Source of the DNA: Sulfurospirillaceae bacterium
GTDB taxonomy: Bacteria > Campylobacterota > Campylobacteria > Campylobacterales > Sulfurospirillaceae
Reading direction: 5' to 3'
Assembly: GCA_033723415.1 (NCBI GenBank)
Contig: JAWVXD010000001.1
Coordinates: 32,001-96,000, forward strand
DNA length: 64,000 bases
A program made the translations under genes and the position numbers. Positions 22,844-33,226 of the stretch are shown piece by piece; the stretch's first letter is position 1, and each line of letters begins with the position of its first letter. The notes beneath the pieces were generated by a model. It saw only the letters and a program-made list of their open reading frames with translations, made no database searches and was not told where the DNA came from.

Positions 22844-23236
22844 ATGAATGTATCAAGTATAGTAGTGCAAGTTTTGCCAAAAAATTTGGATAGCGTAATA
22901 GATGATTTAAAAAATTGCGAAGTATGTGATTATCATTTTCATGATGAAAAAGGGCGTATTATAATTACAATCGAGGCTGAAAATGTATCTGAAGAACTAA
23001 AAAAATTAAAAGTTATAGAAGATATACCAAATGTAATATCAGCAGATATGCATATGAGTTACAGTGAAAATGAACTGGATGAGCAGATAAAAGTTCTAAA
23101 TAATGCAAATGCAGTTCCAAAAGTACTAGATCAAGACACGACGAAGATCGACCCTTCAAGCGTAGTATATGGCGGAGATCTTAGAAAAAAAGATATATAT
23201 GCCTTTGCAGAAAAAATGAATGATGATATAAAATAG
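22844..23236 (+). CDS. napD: Tat proofreading chaperone NapD
   Basis: MNVSSIVV...GRIIITIE. Confidence 0.92.
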   Translation: MNVSSIVVQVLPKNLDSVIDDLKNCEVCDYHFHDEKGRIIITIEAENVSEELKKLKVIEDIPNVISADMHMSYSENELDEQIKVLNNANAVPKVLDQDTTKIDPSSVVYGGDLRKKDIYAFAEKMNDDIK

Positions 23237-23245
23237 GAGTTTATT

Positions 23246-23785
23246 GTGGAAGGTTATGATTTCAATATGTTCACAGAAACTAAAGTTCCTGAACATGAGT
23301 TGATCGTCTCACGAACTGATCTAAATGGGATCATCACATACGTCAATAGTGTTTTTGCTGAAATTTCAGGATATCAAGAAGATGAATTAGTTGGAAAACC
23401 ACATAATATAATCAGACATCCTGATATGCCAAAATCAGTATTTAAACATCTTTGGAATAGTATAAAACGTAAACAAAATTGGAGCGGTTATGTAAAAAAC
23501 CTCAGAAAAGACGGTGGATATTACTGGGTTTTTGCAGAAATATCAGGTGTTTACAAGAATGGAAAATTAGTTGAATATAAATCTATGAGATCACCTGTCA
23601 AAGATGAGATGAAAGTCTATATGCAAAAAGAGTATGACGAGTTAAGGGAAAGAGAAGAGGGCATGGTTAAAATAGTGGCAAATATTACTGTTGAAAACAA
23701 ACAAAAACTCTTGAAGTATGCTCATGATAAAAATATAAATGTTGATAGAATCTTAGACAATATTTTAGATGATTATTTATTGTAA
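23246..23785 (+). CDS. Aer/CetB-like stand-alone PAS protein with short C-terminal extension
   Basis: SRTDLNGIITYVN, HNIIRHPDMP, KNLRKDGGYYWV. Confidence 0.85.
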   Translation: MEGYDFNMFTETKVPEHELIVSRTDLNGIITYVNSVFAEISGYQEDELVGKPHNIIRHPDMPKSVFKHLWNSIKRKQNWSGYVKNLRKDGGYYWVFAEISGVYKNGKLVEYKSMRSPVKDEMKVYMQKEYDELREREEGMVKIVANITVENKQKLLKYAHDKNINVDRILDNILDDYLL

Positions 23786-23813
23786 TCATAAAATAAATAT
23801 TTAGAAATCAGCT

Positions 23814-23933
23814 TTAATGAATTTGAACCTCTATACGATTTCTTCCATTTTCTTTCGCCTCGTAAAGCAATGTGTCGATTTTGTCTTTTAAATAAACTTT
23901 GTATAATTTTTTGTAGATAACATTGGCATCTTT
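23814..23933 (-). pseudogene. Remnant of a GGDEF-domain C-terminus
   Basis: Open stretch ...IDTLLYEAKENGRNRIEVQIH* with an in-frame stop upstream. Confidence 0.6.
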
Positions 23934-24085
23934 TTATGATTTTATACTTGGAAAACTATTTACGACTTTTCTTTATATATAATATCTTAGATGATAATTG
24001 AATGTAGATACTTTTCTTTCAAGTATGCTCTTAAGAAAGTGTATCTATTTGGCAAATCTAGAAAAATATTTGATATAATAAGAAT

Positions 24086-24454
24086 ATGAAAATTGAACAT
24101 ATTATAAAAGATAAAAATTTAAAATTAACACCTGCTAGGATTGAAATTTTAGAAATTCTTATAGCAAAAAACAAACCTATATCCTATGAAGACATAAAAG
24201 ATACTTTAAGTATGGATAAGGCGACATTTTATAGAAATATAGCAAAATTTGAAGAGAGTTCTATCATACGAAGTTTTGAAGCTAACGATAAAAAACGCTA
24301 TTTTAGTTTAGAACAAAATTTCCATCCTCACTTCATATGCACAAAATGCAACATGATCTCTTGCCTTAATGAAGCAAATATCATAAGGATGGAAAATTAT
24401 AAAATTGAAAGTATTGTCATCAAAGGTATCTGTCCTTTGTGTTTAAATACCTAG
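24086..24454 (+). CDS. Fur family transcriptional regulator
   Basis: LTPAR, ATFYRN, HPHFICTKC, C-terminal CPLC. Confidence 0.88.
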   Translation: MKIEHIIKDKNLKLTPARIEILEILIAKNKPISYEDIKDTLSMDKATFYRNIAKFEESSIIRSFEANDKKRYFSLEQNFHPHFICTKCNMISCLNEANIIRMENYKIESIVIKGICPLCLNT

Positions 24455-25006
24455 CATTTTCTTTTTTAAACTTTTCTGCGCAGGCTTGTTACAAAGCCAA
24501 ATACCAAAAAGAGCTTTTTTAAATTTTAATCCTTCTATGGTAGTTGCAAATTTATTGTTCTTATATATCTTAACCCCAACGCCCGGCACATATGAAAAAT
24601 CATAGATATCACCGTTTCGTATCTTTTGTGTAAAAACTGCTAAAAATTGAGATATCTCTTGTTTTATAGGTTTTATGTGCCCATCTGTTGATTTTTCAAA
24701 CCCTTCCATCGTCCCGTTTGTCATCTTATCACTGCTAATCAGTGAAGATGTGATATACAATGTTATATCCATCGGTTCATTTGCGTTTATTATTTCTTGT
24801 GCATTTTTAGTTTTTTTCTTTAGATATAAAGCACCGACATACAAGTCAAAAAAGAATTTACTTCTTATTCCTGCACCGTTTAATACAAGAGTATTGTTTT
24901 GAATTGAATCTGGAATTTTTATGCCTGATATTTTTGCGCCAAAAACACTACTACAGCTAAGTAAGCATACGATTGCAGCTATTTTAATAAACTTATTCAT
25001 GATCAA
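24443..25006 (-). CDS. Chalcone isomerase-like exported protein
   Basis: LNGAGIRSKFFFDLYVGALY, FKKALFGIWL; signal peptide. Confidence 0.85.
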   Translation of the reverse strand: MIMNKFIKIAAIVCLLSCSSVFGAKISGIKIPDSIQNNTLVLNGAGIRSKFFFDLYVGALYLKKKTKNAQEIINANEPMDITLYITSSLISSDKMTNGTMEGFEKSTDGHIKPIKQEISQFLAVFTQKIRNGDIYDFSYVPGVGVKIYKNNKFATTIEGLKFKKALFGIWLCNKPAQKSLKKKMLGI

Positions 25007-25572
25007 TCCAACCCTAATTTAGGGGCTATCTCTCTCATAGCAAGTATGACTTCTTGAATAAGATCGTTTAGCTCCATCTCAAGCATTTGTGCACCTTTTG
25101 TTATCACTTCTCTGCTGGCACCTGCTGCAAAAGATTTTTGCTTAAATTTCTTTTTAACCGAAGATACTTCCAAATCCATCACTGATTTTGAGGGACGTAC
25201 AAGTGCACAAGCCGTGATCAGCCCTGTAAGCTCATCAACCGCATATAAGGTTTTTTCCATTTTTGTTAACGGCTCAATATCCGTACACATCCCATAACCA
25301 TGTGACATTATAGCTCGTATGATCTCATCACTGTAGCCTAATGGCTTCATTATTTCTTGAGTTTTATAACAGTGCTCATCTGGAAATTTCTCATAGTCTA
25401 GGTCATGTAATAATCCAACTATTGCCCAACTATCTTCATCTTCTCCTGCTTTTTTGGCAAAATATCTCATAGCACCCTCTACGGCAAGACCGTGAGTGAC
25501 AAGTGCCTCTGAATTGTACTTGTTTAGTAACTGAAACGCATCTTCTCTGCTTGGCATATTTAAAATCCTCAA
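25003..25572 (-). CDS. HD/HDIG-domain hydrolase
   Basis: GLLHDLDYE, DELTG, FAAG motifs. Confidence 0.85.
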   Translation of the reverse strand: MRILNMPSREDAFQLLNKYNSEALVTHGLAVEGAMRYFAKKAGEDEDSWAIVGLLHDLDYEKFPDEHCYKTQEIMKPLGYSDEIIRAIMSHGYGMCTDIEPLTKMEKTLYAVDELTGLITACALVRPSKSVMDLEVSSVKKKFKQKSFAAGASREVITKGAQMLEMELNDLIQEVILAMREIAPKLGLD

Positions 25573-25730
25573 TGTAATTTTGTGGCATATTTTAGCCTAT
25601 TTCATATATAATTGCAAAAAATAACAAAAGTCTCAAAATAGTGTATATTTTATAATATCTATTATCAGATCTATATGTAGCATTGATGCATTTTTTGTGC
25701 TATAATGTATACTTTTACTTGGAGGAATGT

Positions 25731-26735
25731 GTGAAAAGAATTATCTCGAAAAATCTAATATTCTTATTATTGTCGATATCAATTTTATTATTAAGCGGTT
25801 GTGCTAAAACACAAGAACAGAAAGAAATAAAAGGTAGCGATAACAATATCAGCGTTAGAATAGAAGGTGCCGTTTATCCAATACAAAAACAAGATGTTAT
25901 ATCATCTGCTGCCGGATATGTTAAAAAAGTATATGTTAAAGATGGCGATAAAGTAAAAAAAGGCGATATTATATATTCTCTAGATAAAGGATTGATGAAA
26001 TTAGATATAGAAAATATTAAAATGCAGATTAATTCACTAGAAAAGATCAGAGACAATGCTATAGCAAAAGGTAGTATTGATGGAAGTATTCCCGCGATAA
26101 ATCTAGCGGCTATTGAGCTGAAAAAAATATCATACCTGAGATCTAAAGGTTATATAAACGATTTCGAAGAGAATGAATACAAAAAAAATTATATTAATGC
26201 TATGTATAGTAATAAAACAAATGAAACCAACAATTTTGATAAAATTAAAAACTTGAACTCTGAAATAATGAGTAAGAAGATAGACCTAAAAAAGCTTGAA
26301 TACCAATTGAAATATGCAAATGCTTATGCTCAAATAGATGGTTTTGTAGTTGGTCTGAAACTAAGTCCAAGAGAATCTGTAGATGCTTCAGTAAAAATAT
26401 GTTCCGTTGTTAATATTGATAAAGTCATTGTAAAAGCCGGTTTTGCTACGGGTCTTTTACCTTTTGTGCATAAAAAGCAGAAAGTGAATATAAGCTTTGT
26501 GACGACACCGTCTTATAGCACGACTTCTGAAATTAAACAAATTAATCCTATTGTTGATGCTGCATATGGCAGTATGACGGTAGAGATGATAGTGCCAAAT
26601 CATAATTATATTTTACAAGAAGGAACAAGAGCCTTGGTAACGGTATCACTATCAAAACAAGGACAAAAAGAGATAAAAAAATATTTTTTAAATAATAAAA
26701 ATGATACGACATTAGAAATTAAATCAAAAATTTAA
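25731..26735 (+). CDS. HlyD/RND periplasmic adaptor lipoprotein
   Basis: GTG start after GGAGG; lipobox LLSGC; GYVKKVYVKDGDKVKKGD lipoyl-like half motif, coiled coil, AQIDGFV. Confidence 0.8.
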   Translation: MKRIISKNLIFLLLSISILLLSGCAKTQEQKEIKGSDNNISVRIEGAVYPIQKQDVISSAAGYVKKVYVKDGDKVKKGDIIYSLDKGLMKLDIENIKMQINSLEKIRDNAIAKGSIDGSIPAINLAAIELKKISYLRSKGYINDFEENEYKKNYINAMYSNKTNETNNFDKIKNLNSEIMSKKIDLKKLEYQLKYANAYAQIDGFVVGLKLSPRESVDASVKICSVVNIDKVIVKAGFATGLLPFVHKKQKVNISFVTTPSYSTTSEIKQINPIVDAAYGSMTVEMIVPNHNYILQEGTRALVTVSLSKQGQKEIKKYFLNNKNDTTLEIKSKI

Positions 26736-28169
26736 TCATTGTGCATAAATAAATACTCTTCCTAAGGGCAAAGATTTAGCTGTAAAAGTGTCTTTTTGAA
26801 AATCTAGTTTGACAATGGCGCTATGTTTTTTACTTCTGATCCAAACTTTGTTATAAGCATCATAAATAGGTCTATTATTAGGTATGAAAGAGGAAATTAT
26901 CCTAAGGTATTTTTGATTGTTATATCCTTCGCTTACTAGGACAAAACCATTTTTATAAAATCTAACATAGCCATGAATTGCATCCAGTTTTATATAATAT
27001 TTACCAAGCGGTAGAGCTAAATTATAAAAATACACATTATCTCTCTCCAACTTTCGATCATATGGAACTTCTGCATAAACAAAGTTGTCGGTAAGTTTTG
27101 CCATGGCATAGCTAAAGTAAATCCCGTTTTTTGGTTTTTCCATTTTATATAGCGAGGTGCCATGAATCTTTTTGTATTCCGGAGCTAGATAATTTAAGTA
27201 TATAAAATTTTTAAATCCATACTCTTTATATTTCTTTTTATATTTTGTCAGTAGATCAATGAATTGCAATGAATCTTTTATGCTCTTTGAATTTTCATAT
27301 ATAGGAAAATAATTTGTAACAGGAATTTTATCTACCCATCCTTTGCTTTTTATCTGCAATTTTTTAGTTAGCTCATCATCTGTTGTTACGTAACTTTCGG
27401 TCATGTCATAAGATATATATGGGAGTAGGTAAGTATCTTTTCTAAATGCTTGATTTGTAACGACAAAAATTCCTCTATCTTTCAATTTTTTATAAAAATC
27501 GCCTATAATTTTAAAATAATCTTTTCCCGGATTGAGCTTTTTAAAGTTCTCATACACTGTTTTATACTCTTTGTCTAAGATATACCCGCCATCTGCCCAA
27601 TCAAAAAATAGACCATTGAAACCTTTCTCTTTCATATTTGTGATCAAATCGTTGATTTTGGCATCTAAAACAGCTTGATCACCCAAATTATAATAATAAT
27701 CTTGGCACCAATTATAATGATTTTCTTTACAGTGAATATATGGACCGTTTGGGTTAAGTGTCGTCTTGTCACGATTTTTGTATAAGTTATATATGAATTT
27801 TCTGTTCTCTCCGTCCGTATAGTAGTAAAAAGCAGGCATCCAATCGTAAGCTATATGATGTTTGATTTTAAAAATGCCTTTTTCTTGTAGTATTCGGTGC
27901 GTTATATGATTGTCGTCAATACCGCCCAATTCAGCAATATTAAATTTTTTGGCCCAGCTTATTTCATCCTTGCCTCCAAAAATTGAAGCAGTAGCATAAT
28001 CCCCGACCTTTGTTGGTATTTTAAAATTTGCTGTTTGATTTTTCCCTAAAATACGGTATTCATCTTTAGGCACGATAAAAGAATTGTACTTGACCGTATC
28101 ACAAAACAAAAGAGTGTTCCCAAGACTCAAAAAGAGACTTATGTGGTAAAAAGCTAAAAGCTTTTTCAT
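26736..28169 (-). CDS. Exported glycoside hydrolase, PelA/GH114-GH166-like TIM barrel
   Basis: GFNGLFFD, TNQAF, MTES motifs resembling alpha-1,4-galactosaminidases; in pel-like operon. Confidence 0.55.
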   Translation of the reverse strand: MKKLLAFYHISLFLSLGNTLLFCDTVKYNSFIVPKDEYRILGKNQTANFKIPTKVGDYATASIFGGKDEISWAKKFNIAELGGIDDNHITHRILQEKGIFKIKHHIAYDWMPAFYYYTDGENRKFIYNLYKNRDKTTLNPNGPYIHCKENHYNWCQDYYYNLGDQAVLDAKINDLITNMKEKGFNGLFFDWADGGYILDKEYKTVYENFKKLNPGKDYFKIIGDFYKKLKDRGIFVVTNQAFRKDTYLLPYISYDMTESYVTTDDELTKKLQIKSKGWVDKIPVTNYFPIYENSKSIKDSLQFIDLLTKYKKKYKEYGFKNFIYLNYLAPEYKKIHGTSLYKMEKPKNGIYFSYAMAKLTDNFVYAEVPYDRKLERDNVYFYNLALPLGKYYIKLDAIHGYVRFYKNGFVLVSEGYNNQKYLRIISSFIPNNRPIYDAYNKVWIRSKKHSAIVKLDFQKDTFTAKSLPLGRVFIYAQ

Positions 28170-29068
28170 TTTTTCGTCAAGTCTTTTAATTTGAGATCTT
28201 TGATAAATAAAAATATATATAGCAATACAAAATCAACAATAAATAAAAGTGCATGATAAATACTAGCACTTATCAAAGCGCTTTCTTTACTCACCCCATG
28301 ATGACTTAAGAACAAAACAACTATTCCCTCATAAGTGCCTAATCCGGCAGGAGCAAGGGGAATAGAAAGAGCAATAGTCGAAAATATAAAGAGCTCCAGC
28401 ACATCTTTAAAGTTTAGACTAAAGTCAACAGCATACATAAAGAAAAAAAGAGTACCCAAAAAATACATAATCCACAATAATCCAGTGTATAAAAAGGCAT
28501 CAAAAGGTGTTTTGAGTAGTTTATTGATGTTTTTATATATCTTTTGTCCGTATACTCTTATCAGTTGAATCGGTACCTTTTTGAAGATGTTTAACACAAT
28601 TTTGGAATTGAAAAATAATATTATCAGGACTATAAATATAGCAAGTACGAGTATAGAGTTTTTTACAATATTATCGGAAAAATAACTATATGCTAAGTAG
28701 CAGGTCAATAAAAATAGCATTATGATGTCATAAAATTTTTCAATAAAAAGGATAGAGAGTGTTCTGTGATAGTTGTAATTATAAAATTTTTTTAGATATA
28801 CGGCTTTGGAAAATTCTCCTAATTTCGCAGGCAATATCATATTTAAGGCACTAGAGACTATGATCGTTTCAAAAGAGATATTAAAAGACATAGTTGAGAT
28901 CTTCATCCATCGGAGAGTTAATACAATCTGACCTAAAAATATAGTGAATAAAGTTATGAAAATTCCTAAATAGGAAAATATAGAAAAGTCTATTTTACTT
29001 ATGTTAAACCCATAAAAAAGATAGATCATGATCGCTGATAAGAGAATTATTTGAATTATTTTATTCAT
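28166..29068 (-). CDS. UPF0104 / lysylphosphatidylglycerol-synthase-TM family membrane protein (putative flippase)
   Basis: RW, NMILPAKLGE, EKFYD, PAGLGTYE motifs. Confidence 0.8.
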   Translation of the reverse strand: MNKIIQIILLSAIMIYLFYGFNISKIDFSIFSYLGIFITLFTIFLGQIVLTLRWMKISTMSFNISFETIIVSSALNMILPAKLGEFSKAVYLKKFYNYNYHRTLSILFIEKFYDIIMLFLLTCYLAYSYFSDNIVKNSILVLAIFIVLIILFFNSKIVLNIFKKVPIQLIRVYGQKIYKNINKLLKTPFDAFLYTGLLWIMYFLGTLFFFMYAVDFSLNFKDVLELFIFSTIALSIPLAPAGLGTYEGIVVLFLSHHGVSKESALISASIYHALLFIVDFVLLYIFLFIKDLKLKDLTKK

Positions 29069-29814
29069 TTTTTAAGAATATCTCTCATTTTATTTTTTGC
29101 TAGACTTGTTGCATAAAAAGCTAAAAAAAAGTCAATATTAAAGGAGGCATGGTTTTTGAAAAATTTTATCAGATTTTGATCCATAAGTTCATATGGATGT
29201 ATGTATAATATAGGATTTATAGTTCTCTTAAATAGTAATTTTAATAATTTCAACGGAAGCACGCGTAGATAAAATCCACCACTAAAAGGAATCAAGTTTT
29301 TAGGCACAGGATGTTCTTCTATGACACCATACTCCGTGTATACTTTAAATGATTCTTTTTTGTTGATAGAATTTCCATACATGTAGTTTTTCATCGGAAA
29401 ATAAGACGATGAATACGTAAATCCGGCCTTTGCCAATTCTCTGTAATATCTTTTTTCAAAAGGCATCGACCAGCTTGGACTTCTATAGCCTAAGATTTTT
29501 TGGGCTGTTATATCTTCCAATATATGTTTGGCTTCATGTATTTCTTTGCTCCACTGTTCAAAATCCTCTTGATATACTAATTGATGATTTAATCCATGAC
29601 AAGCTATCTCAACACCGCTATTGGATAGTTTTTTTATAATATTAGGAAATTTTTTTGCAAAACTCCCTAATACAAATGCAGTGGATCTATAGCCTTGGGA
29701 GAGGCTTATAAATTGATCTATGGATTTTTCATAGTCTATATTTGGATATGTTTCCCATTTTACGTTGAAGTTCATATCGGTTACTTCTTCAACATCAAGT
29801 GTAACCCAAATCAT
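29065..29814 (-). CDS. Polysaccharide deacetylase (NodB-like)
   Basis: TLDVEE, EIACHGLNH, GYRSPSW, GGFYLR, YIHPYE. Confidence 0.85.
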   Translation of the reverse strand: MIWVTLDVEEVTDMNFNVKWETYPNIDYEKSIDQFISLSQGYRSTAFVLGSFAKKFPNIIKKLSNSGVEIACHGLNHQLVYQEDFEQWSKEIHEAKHILEDITAQKILGYRSPSWSMPFEKRYYRELAKAGFTYSSSYFPMKNYMYGNSINKKESFKVYTEYGVIEEHPVPKNLIPFSGGFYLRVLPLKLLKLLFKRTINPILYIHPYELMDQNLIKFFKNHASFNIDFFLAFYATSLAKNKMRDILKK

Positions 29815-30743
29815 AAGTCAACCAGATATTTACAAATTTTTGGACCAATAAAATCAACGACATTCTTAGGTAATTTTTTCCATATAGTAGAGGCCAATGA
29901 ATACTTAGAGTATATATCAGCTTCATTTGATGTTATTATATCTATCTTTATAGGTTTAGCTCCAAATTGAGATTTAAATTCATATGTACTGCCTCCATAA
30001 GAGGATCTTCCAAAATCAAAGATTTCTATCTGCCTTGTATCACATATATGTTGCAAAGTTTTCCAATAGATAAAATAACCCGCCAGTTTTCTGCTATATT
30101 CTATATCTACACCGCCCCAAGGGTACCAAGCAAGATTACCATCGATCATGATGCACATCGTTGCGATGACTTTATCTTTATCAAATGCGTTGTAAAAAAT
30201 TATATCGTCTTTAAATTCATCCACAAGAGAAGTAAATAAATCTTTATCTAAAACAGGCGTTCCGTGTTTGTGCATAGTTTCTGAAAAAATTTTATAAAAA
30301 TCATCAATACTTTGGCTGTCATTGCCGTATTTAAGTGTAAAATCTTGCTTTTTAATAGAGTTTCGAATTTTATTTCGGCATCTTGATTTTACACTACCGG
30401 CAAATAAATCTTCACTGCTTTGATTTTTGGTTTCTATTCTCATCGTCACTGTGTCATTTTTTTTAAAATCCGTATAATCAAAATTTAGAGCTCTTATTTG
30501 AAATTCATTCTCTTTCCCAAGTTCTAACAAATCTTTTACGTCATTACTGCATCTGTCCGTATAATTGAGCAGAGGCATATAACTCAAGGTTTTTTTGTTT
30601 AAAATCGAGGGCACGATTAAGAAATCCATATAGCTTTCATATTGATAGAGTTTTTTTAAAACTTTTTTAAAACCAGATATGAACTTTGGTGAAAACGTCA
30701 CATCAGCTTGACTAGTTACATTTTTTTGCATCACGTTTCGCAT
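29811..30743 (-). CDS. FemAB-like GNAT acyl/aminoacyltransferase
   Basis: RNKIR, HGTP, FDFGRS...FKSQFGA. Confidence 0.75.
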   Translation of the reverse strand: MRNVMQKNVTSQADVTFSPKFISGFKKVLKKLYQYESYMDFLIVPSILNKKTLSYMPLLNYTDRCSNDVKDLLELGKENEFQIRALNFDYTDFKKNDTVTMRIETKNQSSEDLFAGSVKSRCRNKIRNSIKKQDFTLKYGNDSQSIDDFYKIFSETMHKHGTPVLDKDLFTSLVDEFKDDIIFYNAFDKDKVIATMCIMIDGNLAWYPWGGVDIEYSRKLAGYFIYWKTLQHICDTRQIEIFDFGRSSYGGSTYEFKSQFGAKPIKIDIITSNEADIYSKYSLASTIWKKLPKNVVDFIGPKICKYLVDL

Positions 30744-31038
30744 CTTCTCTTATGATTTTTGTTATTATCCTGTTGTTACTCTTTTGACCTACATATAAAA
30801 CTATATTTATTAAACTTGTTATTGACATGACGATGTACAATACCAGATCGGTTCCGCTTTTTATCGAGAAAATTTGTGCGACTTGGTCAGAATATTGAGG
30901 ATTTATGACAAATAAAAAGATAACACAATAGCCAGTTATGACACTAAGCTTTTGGATTACTTTTAATCTGGTTGAAAAGGAAAAGACAACAAAAGCAATA
31001 GTTAAGATAAGAATTAGAAAGATTTTTATAATCATCAT
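30712..31038 (-). CDS. DUF2304-like small membrane protein
   Basis: Three TM helices, GTDLVLY motif, next to a GT2. Confidence 0.7.
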   Translation of the reverse strand: MMIIKIFLILILTIAFVVFSFSTRLKVIQKLSVITGYCVIFLFVINPQYSDQVAQIFSIKSGTDLVLYIVMSITSLINIVLYVGQKSNNRIITKIIREDAKRDAKKCN

Positions 31039-31721
31039 TTCATTATACTCCCGATTAAATAGTCTAAGATTATATTGATACTATTCCACATAGATTGTCC
31101 TTTTTGCAGCGTATATGAAGTATATCGTATCTTACAAGGCATTTCAATATAGTTCATCTTTAGCGTTTTAATGATACTAATGATCTCTGAAGCATGTGCC
31201 ATTCTATTTTGAGTTATTTCAAAATTTGGAAATTTGCCTATGTTAATAGCTCTTAAACCATTATGTGAGTCAGTTAATAATATCCCGGTAGTTGCCCACG
31301 TAAAAAATCTTGATGCTTTTAGTAGGTATTTCTTTTTCGTTGGCATATTTTCTGTTTGTCCCAAAAATCTTGAGCCTAAAACAATGTCAGCTTTATTGTT
31401 CTTCAACGCATCTACAAAAGGTCCTATATTCTTTGGATCATGTTGTCCGTCAGAATCAAAAGTAACTACATATTGAAATCCTTTCTCTTTTGCAAATTCT
31501 ATACCTGTTTGTAATGCTGCTCCTTGTCCAAGGTTTGCGGAATGCTTCAACAGATATATATTTTGAGAAGATGCATTTTGGTAGCTTTTATCGGTGGAAC
31601 AATCATCTACGACAACGATCTTGTAGTCTGGGTATTCTTGATTAATTTCCATCAAAACATTTTTGATTACGGACTCTTCGTTGTATAAGGGGATGACAAT
31701 GGCAGTTTCAAATGTGTGCAT
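31035..31721 (-). CDS. GT2 polyprenol-phosphate glycosyltransferase (DPM1-like)
   Basis: IPLYNE, VDDCSTD, NLGQGAA, DSDGQH, GSRF. Confidence 0.9.
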   Translation of the reverse strand: MHTFETAIVIPLYNEESVIKNVLMEINQEYPDYKIVVVDDCSTDKSYQNASSQNIYLLKHSANLGQGAALQTGIEFAKEKGFQYVVTFDSDGQHDPKNIGPFVDALKNNKADIVLGSRFLGQTENMPTKKKYLLKASRFFTWATTGILLTDSHNGLRAINIGKFPNFEITQNRMAHASEIISIIKTLKMNYIEMPCKIRYTSYTLQKGQSMWNSINIILDYLIGSIMK

Positions 31722-31729
31722 AGCGGTAA

Positions 31730-33226
31730 TTATCCTTCTTTTGCTTTAATTTTATTTATTTTTGTTTTCAAAGATTTTTCAACATCTAAAAAAGCATCGA
31801 CAACAATTGGATTAAACATCTTTTCTTTTAATTCTATCATCTTTTCAACTGCCTTTTCATGCGTTGCCCCTTCTTTATATGATCTATCAGATGTGATACC
31901 TGCATAAAATTCTCCAAGTGCAACGATTTGAGCGCTTATAGGAATTTGAGATTCTTTTAGTCCGAAAGGATATCCTCTGCCGTCAAATCTTTCATGATGA
32001 TATTTTATAATATCTGAAATCGGATATATATGGCTTATGGGTTCAACCATAATGCTCCCGATCAGCGGGTGTTCTTTAATCAGATCCATATCTTTATTTC
32101 CAAGTTCACTTTTATCTAAAATTGCTAGAAGGTCGCCTATGATACCTATATCATGTAAGTGCGCACCCAAAGAGATCGTATCTATTTCATGTTCTGATAA
32201 AAATAGTGATTTTGCCACTTCAACCGATATAGTCTGCACTATCAAAGAGTGGTTTTTATAATATTTATTTTCTAATTCTACCGCTTCATTAGTAAAATTT
32301 AAAAGTTTGAGATAGTTTTGTACCATTTCACTGTTTTTATCAATATTTACTAAAAATGCGCCTGCCATATCTAAAAAAGAACCGACTTGTGTTGTTTGTC
32401 CGGCATCTAGCGGTTTTTGATTATAATATTCAAGTTTATATGGTGAATTCCTTATATAAAATACTTTTTGCAATTTTGTATTTTTATTTGGATCATATTC
32501 AAAAATCAATTCATCATCTTTTGTCAGTAGTTTTGCATTTTCTGCTTTAGTCACTTTGATGATGAGAGCTATAAAAAATTTAAAGAACTGATATTTGTCC
32601 ATTTGTAATTTCATCAAAGATATAGAGGTGTCTTTACTGATGTTTAGAAGAGCCTCTCCTCCCTTAGATTTGAAATACGATGAGATCTTTTCATAATAAC
32701 CCAACATCACGCTGATATGCCCATGATATATCTTCGTATCAAAATCGTTTAAAGTAAAATATATGATTAAGTTTTTTTCACTTTGACTTATAAAATATTT
32801 TATAAGAAAATTACCGCTTTTTTTAAATCTTTTTAAATCTTTTTTACCAATTCTAAGTGGTGCCGCAACCTTTTTGTTATCTGTTACATTTGATTCAAGG
32901 AGAATGTATGTTTCTCCTCTTAGTTCATATAAAGCACCATATGTAGCTTTGAGAAGTTTTGAACTCTTAAGTAAGAAAATTTCAGCCTCTTTTATGTCTT
33001 TTTTCAAGCTAAATTCTTGTAAAAATTTGTCAAATTCCTGAAATATGAATTGTAATTTGATGTTTTTTCTAAAAGTTCTAATACTGATGAGAAACAATAT
33101 CAAAGCAATGATAAGAAAAATCCACCAGAACTGACTCAAAAATTCATTTATTTGAATTACATTTGATACCACTATATCAGGTAAAACATAATTAAAATAG
33201 TACCTGCTTTGCTCAAAAATAGTCAT
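31730..33226 (-). CDS. Membrane-anchored HD-GYP domain protein
   Basis: N-terminal TM; LHDIG, HHERFDGRGYP; distal motif altered (ALGEFYAG). Confidence 0.85.
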   Translation of the reverse strand: MTIFEQSRYYFNYVLPDIVVSNVIQINEFLSQFWWIFLIIALILFLISIRTFRKNIKLQFIFQEFDKFLQEFSLKKDIKEAEIFLLKSSKLLKATYGALYELRGETYILLESNVTDNKKVAAPLRIGKKDLKRFKKSGNFLIKYFISQSEKNLIIYFTLNDFDTKIYHGHISVMLGYYEKISSYFKSKGGEALLNISKDTSISLMKLQMDKYQFFKFFIALIIKVTKAENAKLLTKDDELIFEYDPNKNTKLQKVFYIRNSPYKLEYYNQKPLDAGQTTQVGSFLDMAGAFLVNIDKNSEMVQNYLKLLNFTNEAVELENKYYKNHSLIVQTISVEVAKSLFLSEHEIDTISLGAHLHDIGIIGDLLAILDKSELGNKDMDLIKEHPLIGSIMVEPISHIYPISDIIKYHHERFDGRGYPFGLKESQIPISAQIVALGEFYAGITSDRSYKEGATHEKAVEKMIELKEKMFNPIVVDAFLDVEKSLKTKINKIKAKEG

